DNA of 64,000 bases from an uncultured Thermoplasmata archaeon. Lineage in GTDB: Archaea > Thermoplasmatota > Thermoplasmata > SG8-5. The notes beneath the pieces were generated by a model. It saw nothing but the letters and a program-made list of their open reading frames with translations, searched no databases and was not told the origin of the DNA. The stretch lies in the NCBI GenBank assembly GCA_964354755.1, contig CAYHBA010000001.1, positions 224,009 through 288,008 of the forward strand, written 5' to 3'. Both the position numbers and the translations under genes were made by a program. This document shows positions 18,252 through 28,030 of this stretch, in pieces (within the stretch, counting starts at the first letter, position 1; each line of letters opens with the position of its first letter).

Positions 18252-19916
18252 ATGACTAACAATGCGCTCCTGAAAGCGCTTGTCAATCTCGAGAAGAGCG
18301 ACAACGAACGAACCCTCGCCCTCCGGAATGCAGTCACCTGGGCGATTAAATATGGCATTGTGCCGAGAGGACCCGAGGCAGGAAAGAAGTTCTCCTTCGC
18401 TGGCCGGCCATGGATGGTCGAACCGTATCTGGTATTGTCCCAGCCCCATGGCCGCGCCGTATTCGTGAAGGCTCGCCAGCTGGAGTTCTCGACCATGGCA
18501 ATCAACGTCGAGCACTACTGGGCGGACAAGCGGCCGTATACGGCCTGCGCCCATGTCTTCCCCACTGCCAAGCAGATGAACAAATTCTATGAGGAACGAT
18601 TAACGGTGATCTACCGCAAAGGCTCCAGATTCTTTGAAATGCTGGCCAACATGAAAGCCGATGGCATGGAAGTTCTGAACCGGAAGATGCACCTCTTCCG
18701 GAACAGCAGCTATTATTCCATGGAGTTCACGGTCGGCGAGAACGGGGGGAAATCCGAAGGTCTCAGGTCCCCAGCGCTGGACGTTCTGGCCTGCGATGAG
18801 CGCGCGGATTTCCCAGCTGATATTTCTCCAGTTCTGACGGAAGCTCTGAGCCACAGTGATATAAAAGTCCAGTTCGACCTGGGAACCCCGACCTACAACG
18901 ATACAGAGCTGGACAAGATGTGGAAGCTCAGCACTATGGAGGAATGGAAAGTTCATTGCAAGTCATGCGATCGCAAGCAAAATCTTACCATGGACAACCT
19001 CATGGCCAATGAATACGGGGAATATTTCAAAGGTTGCATAAATTGCCGTGCGGAGCTGGACACGACAATCGGCTCCTGGGTCGCCTTCAATCCGGAGGGA
19101 TTCTACCGAGGATTCCACCTCAACCAAATCGTAGCGCCCTGGGTATCCGCAAAGGAAATCCTGCAGAAAAAAGCAGAATACCTGCCCCGACGATTCGCAA
19201 ACGAGGTTATGGGCATGGCCTTTGTTGGGGATGAAAAGCTCCGCTTCAGAGCCAAGGTCATGGCCCGCGCCGATACCACAGGAGAATACCGACCGACAGT
19301 GATTTACGGAAATACCGTGGTAATCGGAGTCGATCACGGAAACTCGACCCGATGGATCGCAATATCCCGAAAAGAAGATGGGAAGACAGTCTGGCTTGAC
19401 ACTGGGGAGATCGACGATGTCGATATCAACAATCATGCGCTGAAGATCGCGGAGTTGGCGTATGGCTACGAGAGAAACAGCGTTCGCGTCGCCCTCATGC
19501 TCGATAGCGGTTATGGAAAGGCGCAGAACCAGAAGCTGATGAAGTTGTTCCCGCACCGGGCCTTTGCGGTCTTTTACGGCGGGGAGAAGATGACCCGCCC
19601 TGCATGGCAGGACAAACCCCTGGAACAACACGTCACAATCGAGCATACCAGTCTCTGCGAGAATGCCGAGCAATACCTGAACGCTGGAAACTTTGTCGTG
19701 CCTTTCGGGCAGGGAGGCATAGACTCGACGCGCTGGTCAAGTCTTCTTGATGAGTTCGACGCTGTGCGAGTTGAAGAAGAGGAGATAAAAACCGGGGGAA
19801 AGAAGCGGGTCTTCGTGACCAAACATGGGCACGGCTACATGGCCATGGCCTACGCCTTGCTCTGGTTCGAGAGAACCGGATTCAACCGGGAGCTGAGAAA
19901 GCCGAGGTCCGCATGA
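18252..19916 (+). CDS. Terminase large subunit (lambda GpA-like family)
   Basis: FAGRPWMVEPY...AVFVKARQLEFST resembles the GpA N-terminal ATPase region, and the length and position fit. Internal ATG at 18252 chosen over the track start 18210. Confidence 0.65.
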   Translation: MTNNALLKALVNLEKSDNERTLALRNAVTWAIKYGIVPRGPEAGKKFSFAGRPWMVEPYLVLSQPHGRAVFVKARQLEFSTMAINVEHYWADKRPYTACAHVFPTAKQMNKFYEERLTVIYRKGSRFFEMLANMKADGMEVLNRKMHLFRNSSYYSMEFTVGENGGKSEGLRSPALDVLACDERADFPADISPVLTEALSHSDIKVQFDLGTPTYNDTELDKMWKLSTMEEWKVHCKSCDRKQNLTMDNLMANEYGEYFKGCINCRAELDTTIGSWVAFNPEGFYRGFHLNQIVAPWVSAKEILQKKAEYLPRRFANEVMGMAFVGDEKLRFRAKVMARADTTGEYRPTVIYGNTVVIGVDHGNSTRWIAISRKEDGKTVWLDTGEIDDVDINNHALKIAELAYGYERNSVRVALMLDSGYGKAQNQKLMKLFPHRAFAVFYGGEKMTRPAWQDKPLEQHVTIEHTSLCENAEQYLNAGNFVVPFGQGGIDSTRWSSLLDEFDAVRVEEEEIKTGGKKRVFVTKHGHGYMAMAYALLWFERTGFNRELRKPRSA

Positions 19917-20215
19917 CCACCGAGGAAGAGATCAGAGAGCTGGAGAAGGTCCTGGCGGAGCTGAGGCGAAAGCCTTCTGACCGCCCGCAGGGAAACGCAA
20001 CTTCCTCGATTGATATCCTCCGATACCTTATCGGCCGGCCGGAGAAGCTCCGGGCAACGACCAAGATAATGAAGGCCTTCAACCTCTCTTACTCCATGTT
20101 CGTGGAGAGAATGTACATGTCCCTGGGCAAGGGCTGGATCGAGAAGGAGAGGAAAAACAACAGGGTGGTCTGGTCGGTCACGGAGGAGGGGAGGAAGATA
20201 TTGAGGGAGGAGTGA
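19913..20215 (+). CDS. Small winged-helix DNA-binding protein
   Basis: 100 aa with a wHTH-like IDILRYLIGRPEKLRATTKIMKAFNLSYSMFVERMYMSLGKGWIEKE segment. Confidence 0.4.
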   Translation: MTTEEEIRELEKVLAELRRKPSDRPQGNATSSIDILRYLIGRPEKLRATTKIMKAFNLSYSMFVERMYMSLGKGWIEKERKNNRVVWSVTEEGRKILREE

Positions 20216-22068
20216 AGTGGCAATCAATGCAACGGAGTTCCGACTTTTCGAATTATTTTATATATCCTCTGAATTATGCAGGTTCTATGAAAGCGGGAGC
20301 ATTTCCATTTAGTGTACTAAAAATGGAGGGGAGACTTACAATACCATTTTTCCAGCGAGGCTATATCTGGATAGAAGACAATTGGCAAGATTTACTCGAA
20401 GACATGGAAAGCGCAAACAAGAAACATTTCTGGGGATCATTAATTTTCAAACATGAAAAGGAAACAACCGGTGAACCAAAGAAAATTATCATCATCGACG
20501 GTCAACAAAGATTAACGACGATGAGTATAATGTTAAAGGCATTATACGATACATTCTCGCCGGGTATTAAGACAAGCACAAAATCAGTAGTAGAAGACTT
20601 GTTGTTATACAGGGTAAGTTCTACATCTCCAAAGTTTCAAGTCAGAATCCAACACTCACGTATTGACAGAAAATCCTATAAAAAGGTTATAACGTCTGGA
20701 TTAGGAGAAACAGAATTAACGGATGCTGAAATCAAAGATAATAATCCAATAATGAATTGCTACAGGTGGTATACTGAGAAACTTTCATCCAAAACCGAAA
20801 GTGCCCGGGAATTTATCTTCAACACCCTTACAAATATTGATAACAAAATGCTGGTCATCATCGACCTTGATGAAGATGATAATGAACAGACAATTTTTGA
20901 TACAATCAATACGGCAGGGGTAAGATTAACAAGTACTGACATTATAAAAAACAAACTCTTCCAAAAAGTCGTGGAATTATTCGATGAAGACCAGGCTATT
21001 GAGTATTATAAGAATACATGGGAGAATTGTTTTTTAAAGGATGAAGAAGCGAATGCTTATTGGCTTGGTGAGAGTTCAGAAGGAAGGATGACAAGGACCA
21101 ATAGCGATATTTTGCTCCATTCGGTAGCGGTTATCCAAGGATTTTACAATCCAGTGGATGATAAGCTCGGGGATTTACCCACCCGTTACAAGGAAAAAAT
21201 CGATGGATATGATTCATCAACCAAAGACAAACTCATTGAATTCATCAAAGAAATCAAAGCCTTTGCGACCATTTATAGGATGGATGTACCTGTATTCGAT
21301 AAAGACTTCCTATTGACATACACCAGGCAAGAGGAAAGATTGTTCCATATCCTCCATGAATTGAATATATCAACATTTCATCCTTACATACTATACATCC
21401 TGAAGAAATATCCCGCTGGGAGTGCGGAGAGAGCTAAAGGATTATACGACCTCGAAAAATTCGTCATGAGGAATATGATGGCGAAGAATCAAACAAGGAG
21501 CTATATCAATTATTGTAAAGAATTCATAGACGATCCATCTGAGATTATGAGGAAATATGCAAAGATAACTGATGCTGAAGTGGCTGCAGGTCTGAGGGAC
21601 ATCAGGACTAATGGAACCGCATCATTGATATTGTTCTGGATAGAGTTAAAACGGCTTGAAGACCCGCACGATGTCAAAGAGCTGCATTACCATTATTCCC
21701 TTGAACACATAATGCCTCAGAAGTGGGAGCCACATTGGACGGATCTTCCAACAACTCATACAGATGGCACGCCATTATCCGTTGACGAAATAGCTGAGGC
21801 CAAAGCTGAACGTTACAAACGCGTGTACTGGCTTGGCAATATGACTCTTCTCAGAACCAGGTTGAACTCTTCACTTAGGAATCATACCTATGAAAGAAAA
21901 ATGAATGGAGAGGGAAAGAAGAAAGGAATCAAGGATTATGCCTCTCTGACAATCACACGTGCAGACCTCGTAGAGCCTTTCCAAACGCTAGGGCAAACAA
22001 AATGGAATGAATCGAAGATAGAGGGACGAACTAGGAAACTTGAAGAGGAAATCAAGGCATTGTGGTAA
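20212..22068 (+). CDS. GmrSD-family type IV restriction endonuclease (DUF262 ParB-like NTPase + DUF1524 His-Me nuclease)
   Basis: Hallmark IIDGQQRLTT motif in the N-terminal domain. C-terminal HYHYSLEHIMPQKW matches the DUF1524 EHI.P nuclease motif. The gene is AT-rich. Confidence 0.8.
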   Translation: MKWQSMQRSSDFSNYFIYPLNYAGSMKAGAFPFSVLKMEGRLTIPFFQRGYIWIEDNWQDLLEDMESANKKHFWGSLIFKHEKETTGEPKKIIIIDGQQRLTTMSIMLKALYDTFSPGIKTSTKSVVEDLLLYRVSSTSPKFQVRIQHSRIDRKSYKKVITSGLGETELTDAEIKDNNPIMNCYRWYTEKLSSKTESAREFIFNTLTNIDNKMLVIIDLDEDDNEQTIFDTINTAGVRLTSTDIIKNKLFQKVVELFDEDQAIEYYKNTWENCFLKDEEANAYWLGESSEGRMTRTNSDILLHSVAVIQGFYNPVDDKLGDLPTRYKEKIDGYDSSTKDKLIEFIKEIKAFATIYRMDVPVFDKDFLLTYTRQEERLFHILHELNISTFHPYILYILKKYPAGSAERAKGLYDLEKFVMRNMMAKNQTRSYINYCKEFIDDPSEIMRKYAKITDAEVAAGLRDIRTNGTASLILFWIELKRLEDPHDVKELHYHYSLEHIMPQKWEPHWTDLPTTHTDGTPLSVDEIAEAKAERYKRVYWLGNMTLLRTRLNSSLRNHTYERKMNGEGKKKGIKDYASLTITRADLVEPFQTLGQTKWNESKIEGRTRKLEEEIKALW

Positions 22069-22091
22069 ACAAGAATGCAACCTAGCTGAAA

Positions 22092-22745
22092 TCACGAAAA
22101 TTTCGTCTCCATCATCCTATCGATTTCACCCTGCCCATATTTATTGATAACATAATCCATGTATTCTTCGATTCCCATCATTCTTGCGAGCTTATGTGAC
22201 CATCTTTTAAACTGTAGGTCTGAATAATAGAACATAGTATTCTTATCAAATGGCTCCACAATCCGGATTATGTATCCATCTTCGACAAATCCCACTCTAC
22301 GAATAGTCATCAACTCCCGAATTCGAACTCTCTTCCACCTGTCGGAATTATCAAAGTCGAGGACTATCTGCCCATTTATTAGTTCGAGGGGTATTTGGCG
22401 TGAGTTGGCAAGATTCTTGAAGTCGGAATCAATCTTCTCCATCAGTTTCTGAGTCATAACCCAGCATTTCTGATTGCCGTGGTATTTTCTTATCCATCTG
22501 ATTCGAGAGTTCATCAGGGCTTCGTATCTGATTTTAGGAATTTTTCCTATATTTTTACGAAGTGGAGCTGAGCCTGTTCTGTCTGTGATGTGGTTGGATA
22601 TAAAATCTCCATCATCCATTGTTATCAAATGAATGTCTCCCACACCCTCAAGGCAGAGTCCAAAAACCATTCCGTCCTTGGTTTGTCCATAAAACATAAT
22701 GCCTTTGTCCAGAGCAGTAATCTTAACGGTTTTCTTTTTCCCCAT
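22092..22745 (-). CDS. Hypothetical protein (AT-rich island)
   Basis: 217-aa ORF with no recognisable motif. Confidence 0.4.
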   Translation of the reverse strand: MGKKKTVKITALDKGIMFYGQTKDGMVFGLCLEGVGDIHLITMDDGDFISNHITDRTGSAPLRKNIGKIPKIRYEALMNSRIRWIRKYHGNQKCWVMTQKLMEKIDSDFKNLANSRQIPLELINGQIVLDFDNSDRWKRVRIRELMTIRRVGFVEDGYIIRIVEPFDKNTMFYYSDLQFKRWSHKLARMMGIEEYMDYVINKYGQGEIDRMMETKFS

Positions 22746-22805
22746 CTCAAGCCACGCTCACTTGACCGTTCATCAATCCTCGATGCCATTGCTGATAATT
22801 AAAGG

Positions 22806-23126
22806 TCACCCTTCAAAATAATTCCGTAATCTCTGCTCAATGACAGTGCAACCAAAATTGATAGGTTTATCAGTGATTTTCACAGTCACGATATTACCAG
22901 AGACACTATATGAACCAGATACCTTTCCTGAAAAACATCCACTCTGCGTATCCCCGCTAACTATTACACCGTTCCTCGCTGCTTCTTGTCTTACGTGTCC
23001 CAGAATTAAGTTTAAATCCATCCTGACTCGAATTGTAAATGTTGGACACCCGGACATAATAATAGTTAGGATTCCGGGCGATAAATAAATTGTGGTAAAA
23101 AAAAATAGGTCAGTGAGGGTTACCAA
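22806..23126 (-). CDS. Hypothetical protein
   Basis: 106-aa ORF. An alternative ORF exists on the opposite strand, so coding status is weak. Confidence 0.25.
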   Translation of the reverse strand: MVTLTDLFFFTTIYLSPGILTIIMSGCPTFTIRVRMDLNLILGHVRQEAARNGVIVSGDTQSGCFSGKVSGSYSVSGNIVTVKITDKPINFGCTVIEQRLRNYFEG

Positions 23127-23194
23127 TTAGACATCCAATTAACTTTTCTAATTGGACAGGAAAATATTTACAGTGTCAAGTCCATCCACGCCAT

Positions 23195-23548
23195 GTGAGA
23201 ATCAAGATATATGTCGGTACGGCCGCAGTGGGCGAAGGCGAACGGACGACCAGCACAGGCTACCATAGCACGCGTCTGACTTATTCCAAATTATATGACT
23301 GCCTCGATTCCACCGCCATGCATTCCGGGGATATGGAGGACGAATGCATCAAGACATTACATCTTGTAAGCCGGTTCGCAGAGGAGCATGGCCTGGAATT
23401 GAAGATGTACGATGTTTCGCACGATTATGCCGCTTTCAGGGCCTGGCTCGACAGAGTGAAATCCATACCCACCGTAATCATCGGAAAAAAGAAGTTCGAG
23501 GGTGTTCCGGAAATCGAGGAACTTGAAAAAGCCCTAAAAACCAATTAG
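23195..23548 (+). CDS. Thioredoxin/glutaredoxin-fold protein without a CxxC motif
   Basis: The C-terminal FRAWLDRVKSIPTVIIGKKKFEGVPEIEELEKAL is glutaredoxin-like. It is paralogous to 46247..46612 (FFKGVKILPTVIIGKHIL). The true start may be an internal ATG. Confidence 0.45.
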   Translation: MRIKIYVGTAAVGEGERTTSTGYHSTRLTYSKLYDCLDSTAMHSGDMEDECIKTLHLVSRFAEEHGLELKMYDVSHDYAAFRAWLDRVKSIPTVIIGKKKFEGVPEIEELEKALKTN

Positions 23549-23562
23549 AATTTATAAAAAAA

Positions 23563-23935
23563 GATAGGCAGGGATTTAGTCATTTCTGACATGGTTGGAG
23601 AGAGATTCCCTGCCCAAAGTGGGGAAGAGTTAAGCGTGATATTGCCCACATAAGCCTCAGCTTCCCGAAAAGGATAATAGTGCGGGGGGGATTTATAGAT
23701 ATAGATTGAAATTATGGAAATGAGAACCATAAATGAGATGAAATAACAAAACGGTAGAAAAAGAGAGGGCAGGGCATTTGGCCATTTCTGGCAATACATT
23801 GGGTAAAGACACCCTGCCCAAATTTTGGGGAAGAGTTGATCGTGAATATTCTGCCCACATAAATGCCTGCTTCCCGAAAAGGATAATAGGGCGGAGGGAT
23901 TTATAGGTTAGGGTTAGGTTGAAATTATGGTAGAA
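23563..23935. repeat. Duplicated ~160-bp structured leader
   Basis: Units at ~23563-23720 and ~23766-23935 share ggcaggg..catttctg.ca...ccctgcccaaa..tggggaagagtt...tgcccacataa...cttcccgaaaaggataatag..gg..gggatttatag...ttgaaattatgg. The second copy ends at the ATG of gene 23927. The first ends in a 9-codon mini-ORF. Confidence 0.75.
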
Positions 23936-24442
23936 GAAAAGGCAAAAGAGAAGAAAAAAGAAAATAATCCGGAGTTTGTTTTAACTGCCGCGACTATGAA
24001 TGCTATTGCGGATATAGTCAAATCACAAAAACGCACAGAAGATTTGGTTAGAGCTACAATGGCATCACAAAGTACATTGGCAACATTAAATCAAATCGCT
24101 CAAAATTCATTAGCAATACAGAGATTCATGGCCCCAACAATGAGCATCTTGGCCTCCCATTTAAATGAAAAAAAAGCAATGGAAAATTTACATCAACAAA
24201 TGCAATCTATAGCATGCTACGAAAAAACGTTATCTTCCCCCTCAATTGGATTAATAAAACCTGAAATGGCGATAATTGCCACAAATCAGCAAAAGATTGA
24301 TGAACGGTTGGATAGAATTGAAAAATTAGTAAAAAGAGTAATTCAATTACTTGGCGAAACCGAACTTTCTGAGGAACAAAAGAAACAACTCGAAAAATTA
24401 ATGAAAGAAATCAATGAAGAAACCGATAAAGCATACAGTTGA
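23927..24442 (+). CDS. Coiled-coil hypothetical protein
   Basis: 171 aa, K/E-rich with heptad character. Confidence 0.45.
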   Translation: MVEEKAKEKKKENNPEFVLTAATMNAIADIVKSQKRTEDLVRATMASQSTLATLNQIAQNSLAIQRFMAPTMSILASHLNEKKAMENLHQQMQSIACYEKTLSSPSIGLIKPEMAIIATNQQKIDERLDRIEKLVKRVIQLLGETELSEEQKKQLEKLMKEINEETDKAYS

Positions 24443-24942
24443 TTGGTAATTGAGGTGATGTTATTACTGGCAGACCAAGAAGACCAAGCCGAAAGGAAAT
24501 TGAAAAACAATCGGAAAAAGCCCGTAGAAGAGTTAAAACCGAACCAATAGAATAATGGAAATAAATAGCCATTATACTCTTAATCAGGCAACGGTTTCCT
24601 TTGTTGATAGTTGCATACGACTTTAGTAAGCAATGCAGGGAAAAGAAAGGCAAAATAAAAGCCGCCGCCCCTACCCTTTCAGCGTCATCCAGCGCAGTAT
24701 CAATAACGCCATTATTATCGCGTTCAGAAAAATTCCTGTGTTATAGCCAATACAAAAATTATAGACCATTCCGATCAAACAAATGAGAAGCCCGCTGCTC
24801 AGGATGGCTTTTATCACTCTTCCGTTCATCAATGCTCAATGCTATTGCTGATAGTTAAGGATTGGTAAAGAAAAGACTTGCCCGGAAGGGATAATTCGGA
24901 CCTAGGATCCAGAATGAAGGGGCGACTACGAAGTTTAGTGCA

Positions 24943-25293
24943 ATGACATTATGTAATAAACTGTTAAAGCATGTTAAATGTATGTTAATCATCTTTAAAT
25001 CGTATCATAACTATTTACAGTTAATGGACGAATCATTAGAAATAATCAACTGGTTGAAAAGTGGAAAATATAGAGTTCCAATGCTAAACGAATTACTATC
25101 TCCTAAATCGCCATCTGAACTTGCTGGCATTCTAAATATAAATCGTGCCTCTGTTAGTAGGATAATAAAGGATCTAACTAGTAAAAAATTGATAGATTGC
25201 ACTGAATCTGGTGCCAAAACAAAGTTATGTATTATTAATGAAAAAGGCAAACACATAATAAAACTCTTTTATGATATCGTGGGTGGTGGATGA
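24943..25293 (+). CDS. Winged-HTH transcriptional regulator, possible restriction-modification controller
   Basis: SPSELAGILNINRASVSRIIKDLTSKKLID is HTH-like. It lies immediately upstream of, and overlaps, the putative endonuclease gene. Confidence 0.45.
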   Translation: MTLCNKLLKHVKCMLIIFKSYHNYLQLMDESLEIINWLKSGKYRVPMLNELLSPKSPSELAGILNINRASVSRIIKDLTSKKLIDCTESGAKTKLCIINEKGKHIIKLFYDIVGGG

Positions 25294-26050
25294 TATAAAT
25301 ATTTCATTTCTTAAAAAGGCAATGGTGAATAGACGGGTACCAAAACCCGCTTCAGGCACGTTGTCTGGACACGCTGCTGGAGAACCCTTTGATAAACTTG
25401 TTTATCAATTAATTAAAGAAAAATATCCTAATAAAACTTTTAGGCAATATGAATACTTAAATAAATTATACCTTGATCATCCCAAGGTAACAACTTACAA
25501 AGATAGGTATAGTTTAATTTCATCTCCTGCATTGAGACTTTTATTAAATCGAGGCGTTGGTGTCACTAAAAAATGGACCTCTACTAATCAACTGAAAGAA
25601 AAGCAAGATGATACAGCTGATACATTATTGATTTCTGGAAATTTCCATCATATTATTGATGTAAAAACACGAAATATAGACAAAAAGGCACTTGCACCAA
25701 ATATTATTTCTGCTAAAAAGTTAGCAGAGATGTCTTTAATAATGATTAAAGAAACGGATTTTGATAGTTTTAAAATAACATACGTAGGTGTCGATTGGGC
25801 CCTTGAGGGGGCTTATTTAGTTTGTAGTAAAACAACAATGAAAGATATATTTCAGGCAACTCCCTCTTCCTTGTATATAAATTGGTCTGCAGCCAATCAA
25901 ATCCAGTTCCATGTTGAAAAACTTGACCAAAGTTATAAAAAAGGAATTAAGACTTGGTGTAAAGAATATCTCGCTCATTATGTCGAATCTGCAAATCATC
26001 GAATGAAACACTTTCGTAAGAAATTTATTAAACCATTCGATATCGATTAG
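25271..26050 (+). CDS. Putative type II restriction endonuclease (PD-(D/E)xK candidate)
   Basis: ADTLLISGNFHHIIDVKTR has PD...(D/E)xK spacing. The gene is convergent with and abuts the methyltransferase gene. Confidence 0.45.
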   Translation: MISWVVDDINISFLKKAMVNRRVPKPASGTLSGHAAGEPFDKLVYQLIKEKYPNKTFRQYEYLNKLYLDHPKVTTYKDRYSLISSPALRLLLNRGVGVTKKWTSTNQLKEKQDDTADTLLISGNFHHIIDVKTRNIDKKALAPNIISAKKLAEMSLIMIKETDFDSFKITYVGVDWALEGAYLVCSKTTMKDIFQATPSSLYINWSAANQIQFHVEKLDQSYKKGIKTWCKEYLAHYVESANHRMKHFRKKFIKPFDID

Positions 26051-27835
26051 TTAATAAATCATGGAATCTAAAATTTTATCGATATCTTCCTTTCCTTTAC
26101 TTGATTGTGTTTTAATTATGTGGTCTACTATCTTCACGATTTTATTATGTATGGCAACTTCATTATCATTTGACCAGTCGATTAATCTTATGGGTATTTT
26201 TGAAAGTGGTTTTTCAGAAAATTCAAGTACGCCACCTCTTGCTAAGCCTTGATATTTTAACCAAGTTAATATGGTGTTTGAATTTAGTTGGGCTAGAATG
26301 AATCGAATATCCTCCTTTACCCATTGTTTTAAAACGATACCAGTTACATCTTGTGTCGGATAAAATTGCCCCTGGATATATGAAAAACGAGCATAATTTC
26401 TCTTATCAATTCGTTCTTTACATGGACAGAATATTTTAGAATCGTTTGTATGAAACAATTCCCAATTTCTTAAGAACACCCATTGCCACCAGGGAATATT
26501 ACGATTATAGGAATATCTGGCATTTAATTTTTCTTTGTGTTTTAATAGTTGATTATATACATGTGGCATCTTCTCTTTTAATTCCCTCTCTGAATGAAGA
26601 TTGTTAAGGAAGATATAGGGGGTATATCCAGTAGCCCAATATTGTTTAAGATCATACGCTTTTATTACGTTGATAATGTATGATTTTTCTGTCTTATTAA
26701 GTGTGTTCAAATCTGAGAGTTGGAATGCTCGGTCCAATCCGCTTACAAGACCATTTCCTATTTCTGCAATATCTCCGAGTCTAATATTTCTCTCAAGATT
26801 GAAATCCTCATTTATCTTTAAGGTTGGATTAGAGAGTGTATAGTATTTCGTTCCAGTAAAATTAATTTCGGAACATATATTTTTAGGGATATCCAATTCC
26901 TCTAAATCGTCTTTCGTGAAAAGTTTAGCTAAGCTATAATAATCTGTTTTTCCATTTAATGTACATTTTACTTTAGGAGAATATATGTGTTTTGTTTGTT
27001 TCAAAACAGAAATTATTGCTTCATATTGTGGTGGAATAATGTTCCAGGGCTGTCCGTTATGAAATTGATGGTGAAGGTATGCTTCATAAATATCTTCGTT
27101 CAGATAAGGATTTCTACTTGATAATTTATTGAGTATTACTGAAATTTCCTCTAGATGGGTAGCTGTTAATCGTTTCTTACTATTTACATTTACAACGAGG
27201 ATGGGCATATTTTGTTTTTTGATACTTTTAATGAATTTAAAGATAATGATCGAGGAGGACACATTATCAAATATCCTCATTTCATTAAAATTAATTATGT
27301 GTGTGATAGTTCCATTTTCTGTGAGAAAACGTCGTAATTTGCTGGCATGAAGGGTTTTTAACCAAAATCCCGGAGTAATAAAAATTAATTCTCCGTTTTC
27401 TTTTAATGCGTCTACAGATGAATAAATAAAGGGATATAGTAAATCTGCCAGGCTGTTCAATCGTTCTTTCCAGATTTCATTTTCTGTTAAATATTGTTGA
27501 AAATCTTTAGGCATGTTTTTCCATCTTACATATGGAGGATTCCCAATTACTAAATCGTAATGATTTTGTAATTCGAGCTTTAAGAAATCTGTATATTTCA
27601 TTTCTATCTTGGATTTATTGTCTAATGTATTATCAATTTCAAATGCATCGATATTATGGTAACCTAATTGTGATAAAATTTCAAGAAAGACTCCTTCGCC
27701 TGCTGATGGCTCACAAATTAGTTGTTTTTCCTTTATTGATGAAAGAGACACCATGAACTTGACAACAATTTCTGGGGTGAATATTTGTCCATACTGTTTT
27801 TCTTTTTCAACCATGATTACCACATCAATTAACAT
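26051..27835 (-). CDS. Type II N6-adenine DNA methyltransferase (gamma class, TaqI-like) with C-terminal target-recognition domain
   Basis: Motif X IFTPEIVVKFMV, motif I CEPSAGEGVFL and motif IV VIGNPPYV, in that order. Confidence 0.8.
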   Translation of the reverse strand: MLIDVVIMVEKEKQYGQIFTPEIVVKFMVSLSSIKEKQLICEPSAGEGVFLEILSQLGYHNIDAFEIDNTLDNKSKIEMKYTDFLKLELQNHYDLVIGNPPYVRWKNMPKDFQQYLTENEIWKERLNSLADLLYPFIYSSVDALKENGELIFITPGFWLKTLHASKLRRFLTENGTITHIINFNEMRIFDNVSSSIIIFKFIKSIKKQNMPILVVNVNSKKRLTATHLEEISVILNKLSSRNPYLNEDIYEAYLHHQFHNGQPWNIIPPQYEAIISVLKQTKHIYSPKVKCTLNGKTDYYSLAKLFTKDDLEELDIPKNICSEINFTGTKYYTLSNPTLKINEDFNLERNIRLGDIAEIGNGLVSGLDRAFQLSDLNTLNKTEKSYIINVIKAYDLKQYWATGYTPYIFLNNLHSERELKEKMPHVYNQLLKHKEKLNARYSYNRNIPWWQWVFLRNWELFHTNDSKIFCPCKERIDKRNYARFSYIQGQFYPTQDVTGIVLKQWVKEDIRFILAQLNSNTILTWLKYQGLARGGVLEFSEKPLSKIPIRLIDWSNDNEVAIHNKIVKIVDHIIKTQSSKGKEDIDKILDSMIY

Positions 27836-28030
27836 CTATTTAACTATTGTTTAACATCTATGTTCATCAACTGTGATTAATTCATTCAAATATTTAAGCA
27901 AGAAGGTGGGAAGACACCATAACTAAATTCATCCGAAATGGCTAACTCAAGGTCATCCCGCCGCGAGGCCAGATATTTGCAATTAGGTGAAATACCCTTT
28001 TAATACCACAAGCTGATTTTAATCGGCCTG

